From a virus, in the IMG/VR virus record IMGVR_UViG_3300025012_000046, positions 1-64,000 of that record: 64,000 bases of DNA. One strand, given 5' to 3'. The position numbers were made by a program, and so were the translations under genes. Of the stretch, positions 30,627-40,760 are shown in pieces. The notes under the pieces were generated by a model, which saw nothing but the letters and a program-made list of their open reading frames with translations, made no database searches and was not told the origin of the DNA. The first letter of the stretch is position 1. Each line of letters starts with the position of its first letter.

Positions 30627-31525
30627 TAGGAGCATTTCCTAAGATTTTTGCAATAGGCACCACGTACATCAAAGATATTTTTAAGAATGACGTTGAGGTT
30701 ACTGAAAAGGTAGACGGCTCACAATTTGGTTTCGGCAAAGTTAATGGAGAACTTATAGTAAGAAGTAAGGGCCAGCAGCTTAACTTACTAAGCCCAGAAA
30801 AAATGTTTTCTGCTGGGGTTGACTACGTTAAATCAATTGAGCACAAACTACCAGATAACAAGTTCTTTTACGCTGAGTACTTGCAAAGACCAAAGCATAA
30901 CGTGTTAACCTATAGTCGCGTCCCTAAAAATCATCTTATACTGTTTGGCATTATGAATTTGGACGCATCGTTTGAAGACAACTTAGAGTATTGGGCAGAC
31001 AAATTTGATATTGAATCTGTTCCAGTTATTTACAGAGGAAATATATCTTCACCTGACTTCTTAAAAGGACTTCTGGAGAGAGATAGTATACTAGGTGGTG
31101 CTAAAATAGAAGGTGTGGTAGTTAAAAACTACTCACAGCAATTTCTCCTTGGAGGTCAGCCAATACCTATTATGGCTGGTAAGTTTGTGTCAGAGGCATT
31201 CAAAGAAGTACACAGAAATAACTGGGGCAAAGAAAACACCACCAAAGGTAAGTTTGAAACCTTCAAAGAAAGCTTTTGTACAGAAGCTAGGTGGCAAAAA
31301 GCGATACAACACCTGAAAGAAGTTGGAGATATAGAAAGTTCTCCTAAAGATATTGGCAAGCTTATAGTAGAGATACACCGGGATATTGAGCATGAGGAGA
31401 AAGAAAATATAAAGGAATTTTTGTACAACGAATTTAAGCGGGAGATAGTGGGAACTGCGACAAAAGGTTTTCCTGAGTGGTATAAAGAACAGTTACTTAA
31501 AAGTAACTTTGAGGACGCTGCATGA
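30623..31525 (+). CDS. ATP-dependent RNA ligase (Rnl2-like)
   Basis: motif I TEKVDGSQF, III FFYAEY, IIIa LFGI, IV EGVVVK, V GKFVSEAFKE; no OB domain. Confidence 0.8.
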   Translation: MIGAFPKIFAIGTTYIKDIFKNDVEVTEKVDGSQFGFGKVNGELIVRSKGQQLNLLSPEKMFSAGVDYVKSIEHKLPDNKFFYAEYLQRPKHNVLTYSRVPKNHLILFGIMNLDASFEDNLEYWADKFDIESVPVIYRGNISSPDFLKGLLERDSILGGAKIEGVVVKNYSQQFLLGGQPIPIMAGKFVSEAFKEVHRNNWGKENTTKGKFETFKESFCTEARWQKAIQHLKEVGDIESSPKDIGKLIVEIHRDIEHEEKENIKEFLYNEFKREIVGTATKGFPEWYKEQLLKSNFEDAA

Positions 31526-32070
31526 CTTGTATAATAGGATTATTGGATAAAAGTTCAGTTTACATCGGCGGTGACACTTTCGGCTCTAACGGCCATTATG
31601 GTCATCCTACAGATCACTCTAAAGTGTTTAGAGTTGGCAAGTTTGTTATAGGAGGTACTACTAGCTTCAGGATGCTTGACATTCTTGAATTCTCTTTTGA
31701 TCCACCTAAGCCATATTATAATGACGATATGGATAGGTACATGCGTACTACCTTTATTAACAAAGTTAGACAAGCGTTGAAAGACGGCGGCTTTAATAAA
31801 ACAAAAGATACTTGGTGTGAAATTGGTGGTAATTTTCTAGTTGGGTATGGAGATAGGCTGTGGGAGGTACAGAGCGATTACAGTGTACTAAATAGAGAGC
31901 CATACGCTGCGGTAGGCTCAGGATATGAAGTAGCTTTGGGCAGCTTATTCACCACACAAGATATAGCACTAAGCCCTGAAGAAAGAATAGAAAAGGCTTT
32001 AGATGCTGCAAGCCACTTTATAGTTAGTGTTAGAGGCCCATATAACATTTTGAAAACGGAGCAAATATGA
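31522..32070 (+). CDS. HslV / proteasome-beta-like Ntn-hydrolase peptidase
   Basis: N-terminal (M)TCIIG nucleophile; GGD; SKVF; AVGSG...ALGSL. Confidence 0.8.
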   Translation: MTCIIGLLDKSSVYIGGDTFGSNGHYGHPTDHSKVFRVGKFVIGGTTSFRMLDILEFSFDPPKPYYNDDMDRYMRTTFINKVRQALKDGGFNKTKDTWCEIGGNFLVGYGDRLWEVQSDYSVLNREPYAAVGSGYEVALGSLFTTQDIALSPEERIEKALDAASHFIVSVRGPYNILKTEQI

Positions 32071-32370
32071 TACCATTCCAACAATTCGAAAAATGTATCA
32101 ACGCACTGAAAGCACAGCTAGAGAAAGACGATGGAATTAACAAGGCGCTTGGTATTAGCCGAGATTACATAGAGTTTAGTGAGCCAGTATTTTCTGAATT
32201 TTTAAATTTCCTTGAATATGTGTGTAAAGACACCGAATGTAGCTGGATTTCGTACTGGATGTTTGACCTTGATTTTGGGACTAAGTATAAAGAGGGAAGT
32301 GTAAAGATTGGTGAAGAGAATGTGAAGCTTGAGAGTATTGTAGACCTTTATAATCTTGTCAAGGCTAACT

Positions 32371-32585
32371 ATGAAAATTAAGGATAAGCTTCAGATATAT
32401 GAGGGTTCTTTCACCAAATCTAACTAAACGCTGAAGTTGTGCTTAACCATGAAAAAGTATCTGAAGCTATAAGAATAATTTGTGACTGGAGTTATGCACA
32501 TAGAATAAGCAACGGCATCTACAGCGATAGAGAACAGAATAAGATTGTGGAGAGACATGTGGTTAGGATGAAGGAGTATATATGA
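32371..32585 (+). pseudogene. disrupted small gene (frameshift plus in-frame TAA)
   Basis: MKIKDKLQIYE continues in another frame as FFHQI*LNAEVV...CDWSYAHRISNG...MKEYI* with an ATGA overlap to the next gene. Confidence 0.45.
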
Positions 32586-32860
32586 AATTCAAAGCTAAAG
32601 AACTTAAAGAACTGGTGCGGGAAGAAGAAACAGATAACCTTAGAATAGTAGAAGATGGAGACTATATTTCTGACGGCAAGTACGAAAGGAGTACTGTTAT
32701 TTTTACTAACGGATACTCACACTTCAGGCTAGATTTGCATAGAAGCGGTAGCCCTTTTACAGATTGGTACTACAGTTGGGAAGATTGGGGTGAAGAAGTA
32801 GAATGCCCTGAAGTAGAAAAGCAAGAAGTAGTTAAGGTTGTGTGGAAGGTTAAGAAATGA
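32582..32860 (+). CDS. conserved phage hypothetical protein
   Basis: RSGSPFTDWYY...EVEKQEVVKVVW motif. Confidence 0.7.
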   Translation: MKFKAKELKELVREEETDNLRIVEDGDYISDGKYERSTVIFTNGYSHFRLDLHRSGSPFTDWYYSWEDWGEEVECPEVEKQEVVKVVWKVKK

Positions 32861-33517
32861 AACTTATTCATAAAGATAAAATAGAAACAACAATATGTCC
32901 TTCGGGTGGATTTTGTCGTGGTGAGAAGTGTTCAGCGTTCAATTGGTGGTTTAAGTATGAAACCATTTCTGTTGAGTATAAGTGGCCTAATAAGAAGTGG
33001 TGGCACACGTTTAGGTGGATAAAAGCTATGGATACTAAGTTTACAGACTTCATGCACAGCGCTCCACCAGAAGTAGAAGGTTGGGATTTTTCTCACCATA
33101 GTAGTAACTTTAATGGTGATCTTTGTTACGAATACAGAAGGCTTAACGAAAACGCTAAGTGGTACTGTGGGCTGAATGTGGAGAACGGATAATGATAAAA
33201 ATAAATATTGAATTATGGCCTTACGGTGATGAAGAGCATAAGTCAACTATAGGTGAAATGGCAATATGTAACGACGGTACAGGCAACCACCGTGTAGGTA
33301 ATTACAAGTTTGAATATTTTGATGAAAAGACGCAGTTTGGTGAAGAGCATACGGGGGAAGTAAAAGGCTTTAAGCGGTTAGAAAACAACGTATTTGATTT
33401 GCTTAGGGAATGCTTAAACTCTGAGGAAGTTCCTATTCGGTGTAAAGTTTGCGGTAGAGATGACGCTATGGTGAGTGGTGTTTGTCACCACACACATGTT
33501 ATATAGGAAATAATTTA

Positions 33518-36145
33518 ATGCCTGTACTTGCCAGAATAGCACCATCAAATAAAATATGTATAATTTTTGATTCAGCGCAGACTAATAACTGGCTTTATGA
33601 GGGTAAGGTTACGTTTGAAGGTTTAGGCCTTACGCTTAAGTATTTCCTTGAGGCTGGGTTTAATATGAACGACATATCAGTGCTCAACCTTGCTGATATG
33701 TACGGAAAACCTAAAGCTTCACAGTTTAAAGAAAAAGCTGATTATGTACATGAAGTTATAACTACTTGCTGCTTTAATGTGTTGGTTCCAGTAGGAGCAG
33801 AAGCTTTTAATAAAGTGGTAGGCTGGAAAGGTATACAGAAATATGTCGGCAAAGCACTTTACAGTGACGTTTATCCCAAACAGAAGGTTGTGCCTATACA
33901 AAACCCAATACAGGTTAAGTACGACCCGGTTGTAGGTGATAATATTGCGTCAACCATGAAGCTGCTTGCTGAGGAGTGCGAATACCCTGAACTGCGCGAT
34001 AAAGTAAAACTTCCTACTAAGTACACAGTAGTAGATACAATGCAGAAGTTTGAGCAGTGGTATGACTATTACTTATCAAAAGTAAAAGCTTTTGCATATG
34101 ACACAGAGACAAAAGGATTCGCTTTCAACCACCCTAGCGGTAGGTTGCTATGCCTCTCTTTCAGTCACAAGCCGGGGTTTGCATACTTAATACCAACAAA
34201 CTTCTATCAAGGTTTCTGGACAGAGGAAGAATATTTCAAGATTAAGTGCTGCCTTAGAAGATTGTTTGGTGATGAGTCTAAGCTTCTTATTGGGCACAAC
34301 ATCAAGTATGATAACAAGTGGATTTATCACCATTTAGGGATACCTGTACGAAGGAAAAACTTCTTCGATACAATGGTTGCAGCTTTCCTATGCAATGAAA
34401 ATACGCCTAACGACCTTAAATATTGTGCTATGTGCTTTACTGACATGGGAGATTATGAGTTTGAGTTACAGAGGTGGATTGATAGGTACTGCGCTGAAAA
34501 TAAGATAAAGAAAACAGAGTTCACCTATGACCTGATACCGTTTAAAATACTTACAGATTACGCTCTTTGTGACGCTGACGCTACCTTTAGGCTCTATCTA
34601 CACTTTAAAGAAGAGCTTGTAAAGGAAGAGCAAGTTAAAGTATTTGAGATGGTAAATGATAAATTTGTTTACCTTCTTACAAAAATGGAGCTTAATGGTT
34701 GGCCTATAGACGTAGAGTATGGTGAACAGCTTAGAAAACAATTGGAAGAAGAAATAGCAAAAGTAGATGCTAAACTCAGAGAGTTTACTGAAGTAAAGGC
34801 TGCTACTAAGATAGCTTATCAGAGAGCATTAGATAAAGAAAATGCTGTACGTAAAAAGCCTATAGATATCCTTCCAAAGTCAAAGTGGAAGGGGTTTTTA
34901 TTTAGTTCTAATCACCATAAACGAATTTTATTTTATGAAGTTATGGGACTGCCTGTTGTAAAATATACTAAGGCAAAGAATGAAGAGGGTAAAAAGGTAA
35001 CACCTGCTGTTGATCGTGAGTGTTTGGAAGATTGGTTTTATAATTTTCCAAAAAAGGGTGAATTTCTTGAAACACTACAGTACCATGGAGAGCTTAACAA
35101 AATAAAATCTACTTATGTAGATAGTACTCTTAAAAAGGTAGTTAATGGTAGAGTTCATCCTACGTATAATCCCATTGGATGCAAGACCGGACGTTTAAGC
35201 TGCAAAGACCCCAATTACCAGCAGCTTCCAGCTAGACCCAGAGAACCACATTTTATTGAGAAGTTGCCTTTAGTTAAATTAGTAAAGAAGATGGTAAAAG
35301 CTCCAGATGGCAGGTTTTTAATTGGGGCCGATCTTTCTGCTATAGAGATGCGGTATGCGTGTATAGTTTCTGGAGATAAAAGACTAGAAGATATATTTAA
35401 TAGTTTAATGGATGTTCACGGTTGTATTACAAAAGAATTATTCCCATACATAAAGTGTGAGCCTAACGATGTAAAGAAACTGTTTAAGTTTGAAAGGGAC
35501 AGCATTGGGAAGCGCGTACAATTTTTAAGTTTATTTGGCGGAGGTGCTGAAACGCTTGCTAAAGGCGTTAATATCGAAAACAGAAACCGTGTAGACGAGA
35601 ATGGTAACAAGCTTAATGACGACCTGACCGAAGAACAAGCGCAGCAGATTCTTGATAACTACTTTGAAAAGTATAGTGGTGTAAAACAATGTATAGATGA
35701 TACCACAAAGTTTATTGAAAAGAACGGTTACTCTGTATCTATCTTTGGTAGAAAAAGGAGAATACCAGAAGTAAATGCTGAAGATAAAGGAGCTAAAGCT
35801 AGAGCAATTAGACAGGGAGTGAATAGCATTTTTCAGTCTCCAGCAAGTGACAGCTTACTTTTAGCTTTGTATGATTTTCAAATATGGATAGAGGAAAATG
35901 AATATGACTTTAAACAGCTAGGTCCGTGCCACGATGCGGGTTATGGCGAAACCACTGAAGAACTTAAAGTAGAGGCTAGTGAACTACTTTTAAAGTATTT
36001 ACAAACGCCACCAATACCAGTTAATATTCCTATAATAGCAGAATGTGAAGGTGGAATTTCTTGGGCCGATTTTAGTGATGATTTTGGTAATGAACTTTTA
36101 AAGGAAGAAGAGGACGAAGACGAATTAGATGATGAAGCAGCATAA
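33518..36145 (+). CDS. family A DNA polymerase with an N-terminal UDG-like domain and 3'-5' exonuclease
   Basis: Exo I DTET, Exo II HNIKYD, Exo III YALCD; TGRLSCKDPNYQQLP; motif A ADLSAIEMR, B KRVQFLSLFG, C CHDA. Confidence 0.95.
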   Translation: MPVLARIAPSNKICIIFDSAQTNNWLYEGKVTFEGLGLTLKYFLEAGFNMNDISVLNLADMYGKPKASQFKEKADYVHEVITTCCFNVLVPVGAEAFNKVVGWKGIQKYVGKALYSDVYPKQKVVPIQNPIQVKYDPVVGDNIASTMKLLAEECEYPELRDKVKLPTKYTVVDTMQKFEQWYDYYLSKVKAFAYDTETKGFAFNHPSGRLLCLSFSHKPGFAYLIPTNFYQGFWTEEEYFKIKCCLRRLFGDESKLLIGHNIKYDNKWIYHHLGIPVRRKNFFDTMVAAFLCNENTPNDLKYCAMCFTDMGDYEFELQRWIDRYCAENKIKKTEFTYDLIPFKILTDYALCDADATFRLYLHFKEELVKEEQVKVFEMVNDKFVYLLTKMELNGWPIDVEYGEQLRKQLEEEIAKVDAKLREFTEVKAATKIAYQRALDKENAVRKKPIDILPKSKWKGFLFSSNHHKRILFYEVMGLPVVKYTKAKNEEGKKVTPAVDRECLEDWFYNFPKKGEFLETLQYHGELNKIKSTYVDSTLKKVVNGRVHPTYNPIGCKTGRLSCKDPNYQQLPARPREPHFIEKLPLVKLVKKMVKAPDGRFLIGADLSAIEMRYACIVSGDKRLEDIFNSLMDVHGCITKELFPYIKCEPNDVKKLFKFERDSIGKRVQFLSLFGGGAETLAKGVNIENRNRVDENGNKLNDDLTEEQAQQILDNYFEKYSGVKQCIDDTTKFIEKNGYSVSIFGRKRRIPEVNAEDKGAKARAIRQGVNSIFQSPASDSLLLALYDFQIWIEENEYDFKQLGPCHDAGYGETTEELKVEASELLLKYLQTPPIPVNIPIIAECEGGISWADFSDDFGNELLKEEEDEDELDDEAA

Positions 36146-36677
36146 AGATGGTTATTTTAATTGGATAGAGTATGAAGACCACGCCGAATTTGTAGTGTAC
36201 AAAAACGAAGTTAAGTATTTTATTATAGTGGACCTTGAAGATGTGCCTAAAATAATTAACAACATAAACTCTTGGTATTTGTGTAAGCAAATAGGAGAGG
36301 TTCCTAGAGTAGCAGTTAGATATGGAGAGCACGGCAAGGTTAAGCGGGATTATCTGCATAGGTTTTTAATTAAGGCACCTAAAGAGCTTATAGTGGACCA
36401 CAAAGATAATAACCCACTAAATAATCGTAAACTTAATTTGAGATTAGCTGACATGTCTAATAATATGTTAAACAGGCGCGGGGCTGCTAGACAAAGCAAA
36501 ACCCAGGTGAGAGGTGTATATTATGATAAGTGTAGAGATAAGTATGTGGCTGCTTTACAGGTAAATGGTGAGGTAGTATTTAGGAAACGTTTTGACACAA
36601 TATCTGAAGCAATAGAAGCAGTTAAACAAGCTAGAGCTAAGTACGCGCCTTTCAGTAAAGAAGCTAGTGAGGACTAG
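36129..36677 (+). CDS. HNH-AP2 homing endonuclease
   Basis: LHRFLI...VDHKDNNPLNNRKLNLR; RGVYYDK...KYVA...FDTISEA. Confidence 0.9.
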   Translation: MMKQHKDGYFNWIEYEDHAEFVVYKNEVKYFIIVDLEDVPKIINNINSWYLCKQIGEVPRVAVRYGEHGKVKRDYLHRFLIKAPKELIVDHKDNNPLNNRKLNLRLADMSNNMLNRRGAARQSKTQVRGVYYDKCRDKYVAALQVNGEVVFRKRFDTISEAIEAVKQARAKYAPFSKEASED

Positions 36678-37213
36678 GCAGCATGATAACAAATAAAGAA
36701 AACATCAACACCATCTTCGACGAAAAGTTCCGCCCAACCAAATTTGAAGCAAACCAAGACGGAGACTGCTGTACACTAGACGCATTAAATTCAATCCACC
36801 TATCAGTAGAATCAGGAGGAGCCGGTGACGTTCTTATTGCTGCTTTGCTAGGGATTCTAGGCCCACTAAGTTTTATCTTAGGTTGGTCACTACATAGTGA
36901 TAAAGCAAAACAACCGCTAATAAAACGCAGAAAATAAATGTCAACAATACTCTGCAAAGAAAATCAAAATCTAGCTATCACCACCTCTCTACTGATCATA
37001 TCACTTACGAATATGAATGTAGACCCCGCATCATTTATGCTTGAGGTGGGAGAAGAGTTGAATGCTGAAGAGTTACTAGAGTATACTAACAGTATAAGTA
37101 AGGTACTGCTTAAGGTGTACAATAAAGATAGTGACTCGTATAAGTACTTGTGGTTAGTGAATAAAACTTTAAGAGGATGGGCCGAAAGAGGCTATTCAGT
37201 GAGGATAGTATAA

Positions 37214-37489
37214 ATGAAACCTGTAGTTTTTGAAGGGCACAACATTGTGTTAGGTGAAAGCCAACCTGAGTATTTAGATTTACCTGCTCTTAGGTGTGAT
37301 GATGATTGTGATACTGTGTGGTCGTGTTGGGAACTAGATAAAAACGATATTGAAGACCTAATTAAAACTAGAAAGCTTTGGGTTGGGCAATTAACGTTTG
37401 GCTACCCGTTTCATCCTCAAATGGTAACAACGGTAATGCCAGCAGAAGTATCAGTGGCTGTTTATAAATCACGTAATGGAGGTATGTAA
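37214..37489 (+). CDS. conserved phage hypothetical protein
   Basis: QPEYLDLPA...SCWEL...LTFGYPFHP motif. Confidence 0.7.
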   Translation: MKPVVFEGHNIVLGESQPEYLDLPALRCDDDCDTVWSCWELDKNDIEDLIKTRKLWVGQLTFGYPFHPQMVTTVMPAEVSVAVYKSRNGGM

Positions 37490-37649
37490 TGTCTGATTTG
37501 GTAAAAGTAAGCGCCACTTTGACTGCACTAGCTATGTGGTTAGTTACTAGTGCATTTTTAGTTTGCACCTTAATTGGTGCTCTTATTGTGATTGACGATT
37601 CTTGGTTAGAAATTGGAAGTAAATTGGCGCAGGATTTAAGGGGCTAAAA

Positions 37650-38975
37650 TTGAAGGAATTCAAAACGCTAGAGCTTATAGCAGCAACCCCAAGTAAAAAT
37701 GACAAAATAAGATTGTTGAAAGAGAATGAGACACCTGATCTTAAGAAGCTGCTCAACTACACGTATGACCGATACAAAACTTATCGTGTAAACAAGGTAG
37801 ACAAGCCTGAAACATACAATATTATCCAGCCTGAGATGGGAAATGAACTTTTCAATCTGCTAGACCTTTTGAGAGAACATAAGACAGGCTCTAATGATGC
37901 CAAGAAGCTTATCAAAAGCACAATGTCTAAGTGTACCGAAGCTGGAGCTAAATGGATTGAAAGAGTATTCAAGCGCAACCTAGACATAGGAATGGATGAG
38001 AAGTCTATAAACAAGGCTTTCCCTGATCTTATCCCTGTGTTTGACGTTCAGCTGGCCTTTCCTATTGACGAGCATTGGGATAGCATCGTATATCCAGTTA
38101 TCCTTGATCCTAAGCTTGATGGTATGCGGGTTATCACCATAGTTAAGGATGATAAAGTTTCCTTCTTATCAAGAGAAGGTATGGAATTTATTAACATGCA
38201 GGCGTTTGCCGAAGAGGTTAAGTCTATACGTCCCGGTACAAACTTCGTGTTAGACGGCGAGATTTACGGTGGCAAACTAAACCCTAACTGCAAGAAAGCT
38301 GTAGAAAAAGTTAAGGCAAATAAGCCCTACAAGTTTACTCAAGCTTCGTCTATGGTAAAGGATAGTAAAACTACGCCGCAAGAGATGCGCAAGTACCTTG
38401 AGTACATCGTGTGGGATATTATAGAGCTTGACTACTTTGAATCACAAGGTAAACGCGGAACAAACGAAGAGTGTGGTGAGCGGAGACTTAAGCTTGCTGC
38501 TCTGTTTGAACGTATCGGTGAGCGTGAGTTCAAGAATGTGAAGTACCTTGAGAATGTTGTAGCTTTCTCTAGGGAAGAAATAATAACGTATCGTGACAAG
38601 TGTATTGCTGAAGGCTTTGAAGGCTGTATGATCAAAGCTGTTGCTGGTAGTTATGATTTCAAGCGAAGTAAATCTGTGCTTAAGTTTAAGGAATTCCATA
38701 CAGGTGACTTTAGGATTAAAGTCGCTATTGAAGGTACAGGTAAGTATGAAGGTATGCTTGGTGCAGTTAAGGTGGAAGCTCCAGGTGTTGACTCTGAGAT
38801 TGGTACTGGCTTCACAGATGACGAGAGGGCTGATCTTTGGGTAGAGTGGTTGGCTGGGAGGCTTACCGGGCAGATTATTGAAGCTCTGTATCAGGAAATT
38901 ACTAGTGAAGGTGCTTTGCGTTTTAGTAGCTTCTTACGTATGCGTCCTGATAAGAGCGAACCTAGTCTTTACTAA
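37650..38975 (+). CDS. ATP-dependent DNA ligase
   Basis: PKLDGMR, LDGEI, WDII, EGCMIK and LKFK motifs; OB domain GTGFTD...LRF...RPDK. Confidence 0.95.
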   Translation: MKEFKTLELIAATPSKNDKIRLLKENETPDLKKLLNYTYDRYKTYRVNKVDKPETYNIIQPEMGNELFNLLDLLREHKTGSNDAKKLIKSTMSKCTEAGAKWIERVFKRNLDIGMDEKSINKAFPDLIPVFDVQLAFPIDEHWDSIVYPVILDPKLDGMRVITIVKDDKVSFLSREGMEFINMQAFAEEVKSIRPGTNFVLDGEIYGGKLNPNCKKAVEKVKANKPYKFTQASSMVKDSKTTPQEMRKYLEYIVWDIIELDYFESQGKRGTNEECGERRLKLAALFERIGEREFKNVKYLENVVAFSREEIITYRDKCIAEGFEGCMIKAVAGSYDFKRSKSVLKFKEFHTGDFRIKVAIEGTGKYEGMLGAVKVEAPGVDSEIGTGFTDDERADLWVEWLAGRLTGQIIEALYQEITSEGALRFSSFLRMRPDKSEPSLY

Positions 38976-39034
38976 CACACTAATTGAACACTAACATTAG
39001 TTATGTTAATTTGCAAACTCATGTTAAAATTTGC

Positions 39035-39063
39035 TTGACAAAAGGTATGGCTTGTGTTATAAT
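39035..39063 (+). promoter_or_regulatory. sigma70-type promoter
   Basis: TTGACA-17-TATAAT, TG extended -10, followed by GCGGCATCTTT. Confidence 0.85.
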
Positions 39064-39246
39064 GCGGCATCTTTTGAAATTGAAATGTTAATTAGAGGTC
39101 TAACAAATGATCGACTTTGAAAAAGAAGCAAGGGATTTCTGTAACAAAGGCCCAATTAGTGTTGAAACACTAGCTGAGTTGTTAGCTGCTACTTGGGACA
39201 AAGGGTATAACTACGCTGTACGATACTTTTACGAGAGGGACTAAAT

Positions 39247-39726
39247 TTGGCAAAGTTTAAAGTTGGAGATAAAGTGGTATTGGCTAGAATTCTAACAGGA
39301 GACGGTACTAGTTATAATATTGGCGACTCTGCATACATAACAGATGAATTTATTAATTATAACGGCGAACATACGTATATGATTAACGATGACGAAGAGT
39401 GGAGTGAAGACGAACTAGACCTCTACGTAGAAGAAAAAGAGCCAGAAGCAGTTAAAGTAGTAGACAGTAATTCTAAAGAAATTGAGGTAGGATTTGTGCC
39501 TAAAACAAAATTTGACGAAGTAAACAAGGCTGAGCACTACAATCAAGGCAAGTATGAAGTTATCGACGTGCTTAAGGACTGGCTCACTAAAGAGGAATTT
39601 ATAGGCTTCTGTCGTGGTAATACGTTGAAGTATGTTGCTAGGTATCAGAAAAAGGGTGGAGTTAAAGACCTACAGAAAGCTGAGTACTATAACAATAAGT
39701 TGATGGAAGCTTTGGGCGAGAAATAA
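39247..39726 (+). CDS. DUF3310 (T7 gp1.7-like) domain protein with an N-terminal SH3-like module
   Basis: VNKAEHY...EVID...GFCRGNTLKYVARYQKKGGVKDLQKAEYY. Confidence 0.8.
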   Translation: MAKFKVGDKVVLARILTGDGTSYNIGDSAYITDEFINYNGEHTYMINDDEEWSEDELDLYVEEKEPEAVKVVDSNSKEIEVGFVPKTKFDEVNKAEHYNQGKYEVIDVLKDWLTKEEFIGFCRGNTLKYVARYQKKGGVKDLQKAEYYNNKLMEALGEK

Positions 39727-39729
39727 CCT

Positions 39730-40386
39730 ATGGAAATAAACCTGCTACACGTAACACCTATGTCTGTGTTGGTAAAAGCAATACGCACCTGTTATGACTC
39801 ACATGAAAGAAGTGATAGCGTTTGGTATACTGCTGACACTTTTGATCTTGGTCCTAAAGACAAAGCACTAATACAGCAAATTATAGACTCAGGTCACTTG
39901 TCAACCCTTGAGCACGTCAACTTCACCTTCTATCTAAAGGGATTCTCAAGGGCAGTTCTTCAGCAACTTAGCAGGCATCGGATAACTACCCCTAGTGTTA
40001 AGTCAAGCCGGTACACGCTAAAAGAGCTTAAGAATGAGCCTCCGTTTTTGGATAAGTTTTTAAATCCTCTGACTGAAAGAGCTAGCAAATACTTGGTCTT
40101 CACAGGAGTAGAGGAAGTAGACATTTATTCGGTATGGGCGTTGGAGCACGTTAGACGCTGCGTTTCAAAAGGTATTCAGAATGATAAAGCAAAATACTGT
40201 ATGCCAGATGCTTATAAAACTGACGCTACTTTAACACTGAACGTTAGGTCATTCCGAAACTTGCTTCAACTTAGAACGTCTGAAAAAGCTTTATGGGAAT
40301 TTCAGGATTTGGCTCACGGTATGTTTAGTGTAGTACCTGAAGAATACAAATTTTTGATGGAAGATTGTGTGCATGGAAAACTTTAA
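39730..40386 (+). CDS. thyX: flavin-dependent thymidylate synthase
   Basis: GHLSTLEH, QLSRHR...SVKSSRY, NVRSFRNLLQLR...ALWE. Confidence 0.95.
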   Translation: MEINLLHVTPMSVLVKAIRTCYDSHERSDSVWYTADTFDLGPKDKALIQQIIDSGHLSTLEHVNFTFYLKGFSRAVLQQLSRHRITTPSVKSSRYTLKELKNEPPFLDKFLNPLTERASKYLVFTGVEEVDIYSVWALEHVRRCVSKGIQNDKAKYCMPDAYKTDATLTLNVRSFRNLLQLRTSEKALWEFQDLAHGMFSVVPEEYKFLMEDCVHGKL

Positions 40387-40760
40387 CTGGTGTGGTGGTA
40401 AAATAATAGTGTCAGACTTAGTTCCTAAAAAGTTAGTTCAAACTAAATTTCCACGCTCTAAGAAAAGGCGCATACGTGAAAAGTGGGCTAAGAGGTATAC
40501 TAAAGAAGTGCCACAGGCTTTAGTTTTAAATTACGGTGATTGTATATTGCCACGCAGCATTTATAACGAGATGCAGCGTTATTGGGATAATAGGTATAAA
40601 GATTGCCTTGAGGTAGGCAACACAGTAACTGTTAGCGCAAATGAAAAGTACAGTGACACTGTTACAACAGACACGATTAAAAATGTAATGGAAATGATGA
40701 AATCTATTGAGGTTAAAACGCCAGATACTTTGTTTAGTTGGCGTAGAATGGACGATATAA

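Noticed and set aside
38975-39092. Repeated ATGTTAA and AACACTAA words around the 39035 promoter
   Set aside because: Short AT-rich words in an AT-rich gap; cannot be distinguished from chance by eye.
39172-39187. AGCTGAGTTGTTAGCT as an outlying copy of the palindrome
   Set aside because: A single mismatched hit inside a small ORF, explained by the common codons GCT/GAG/TTA.
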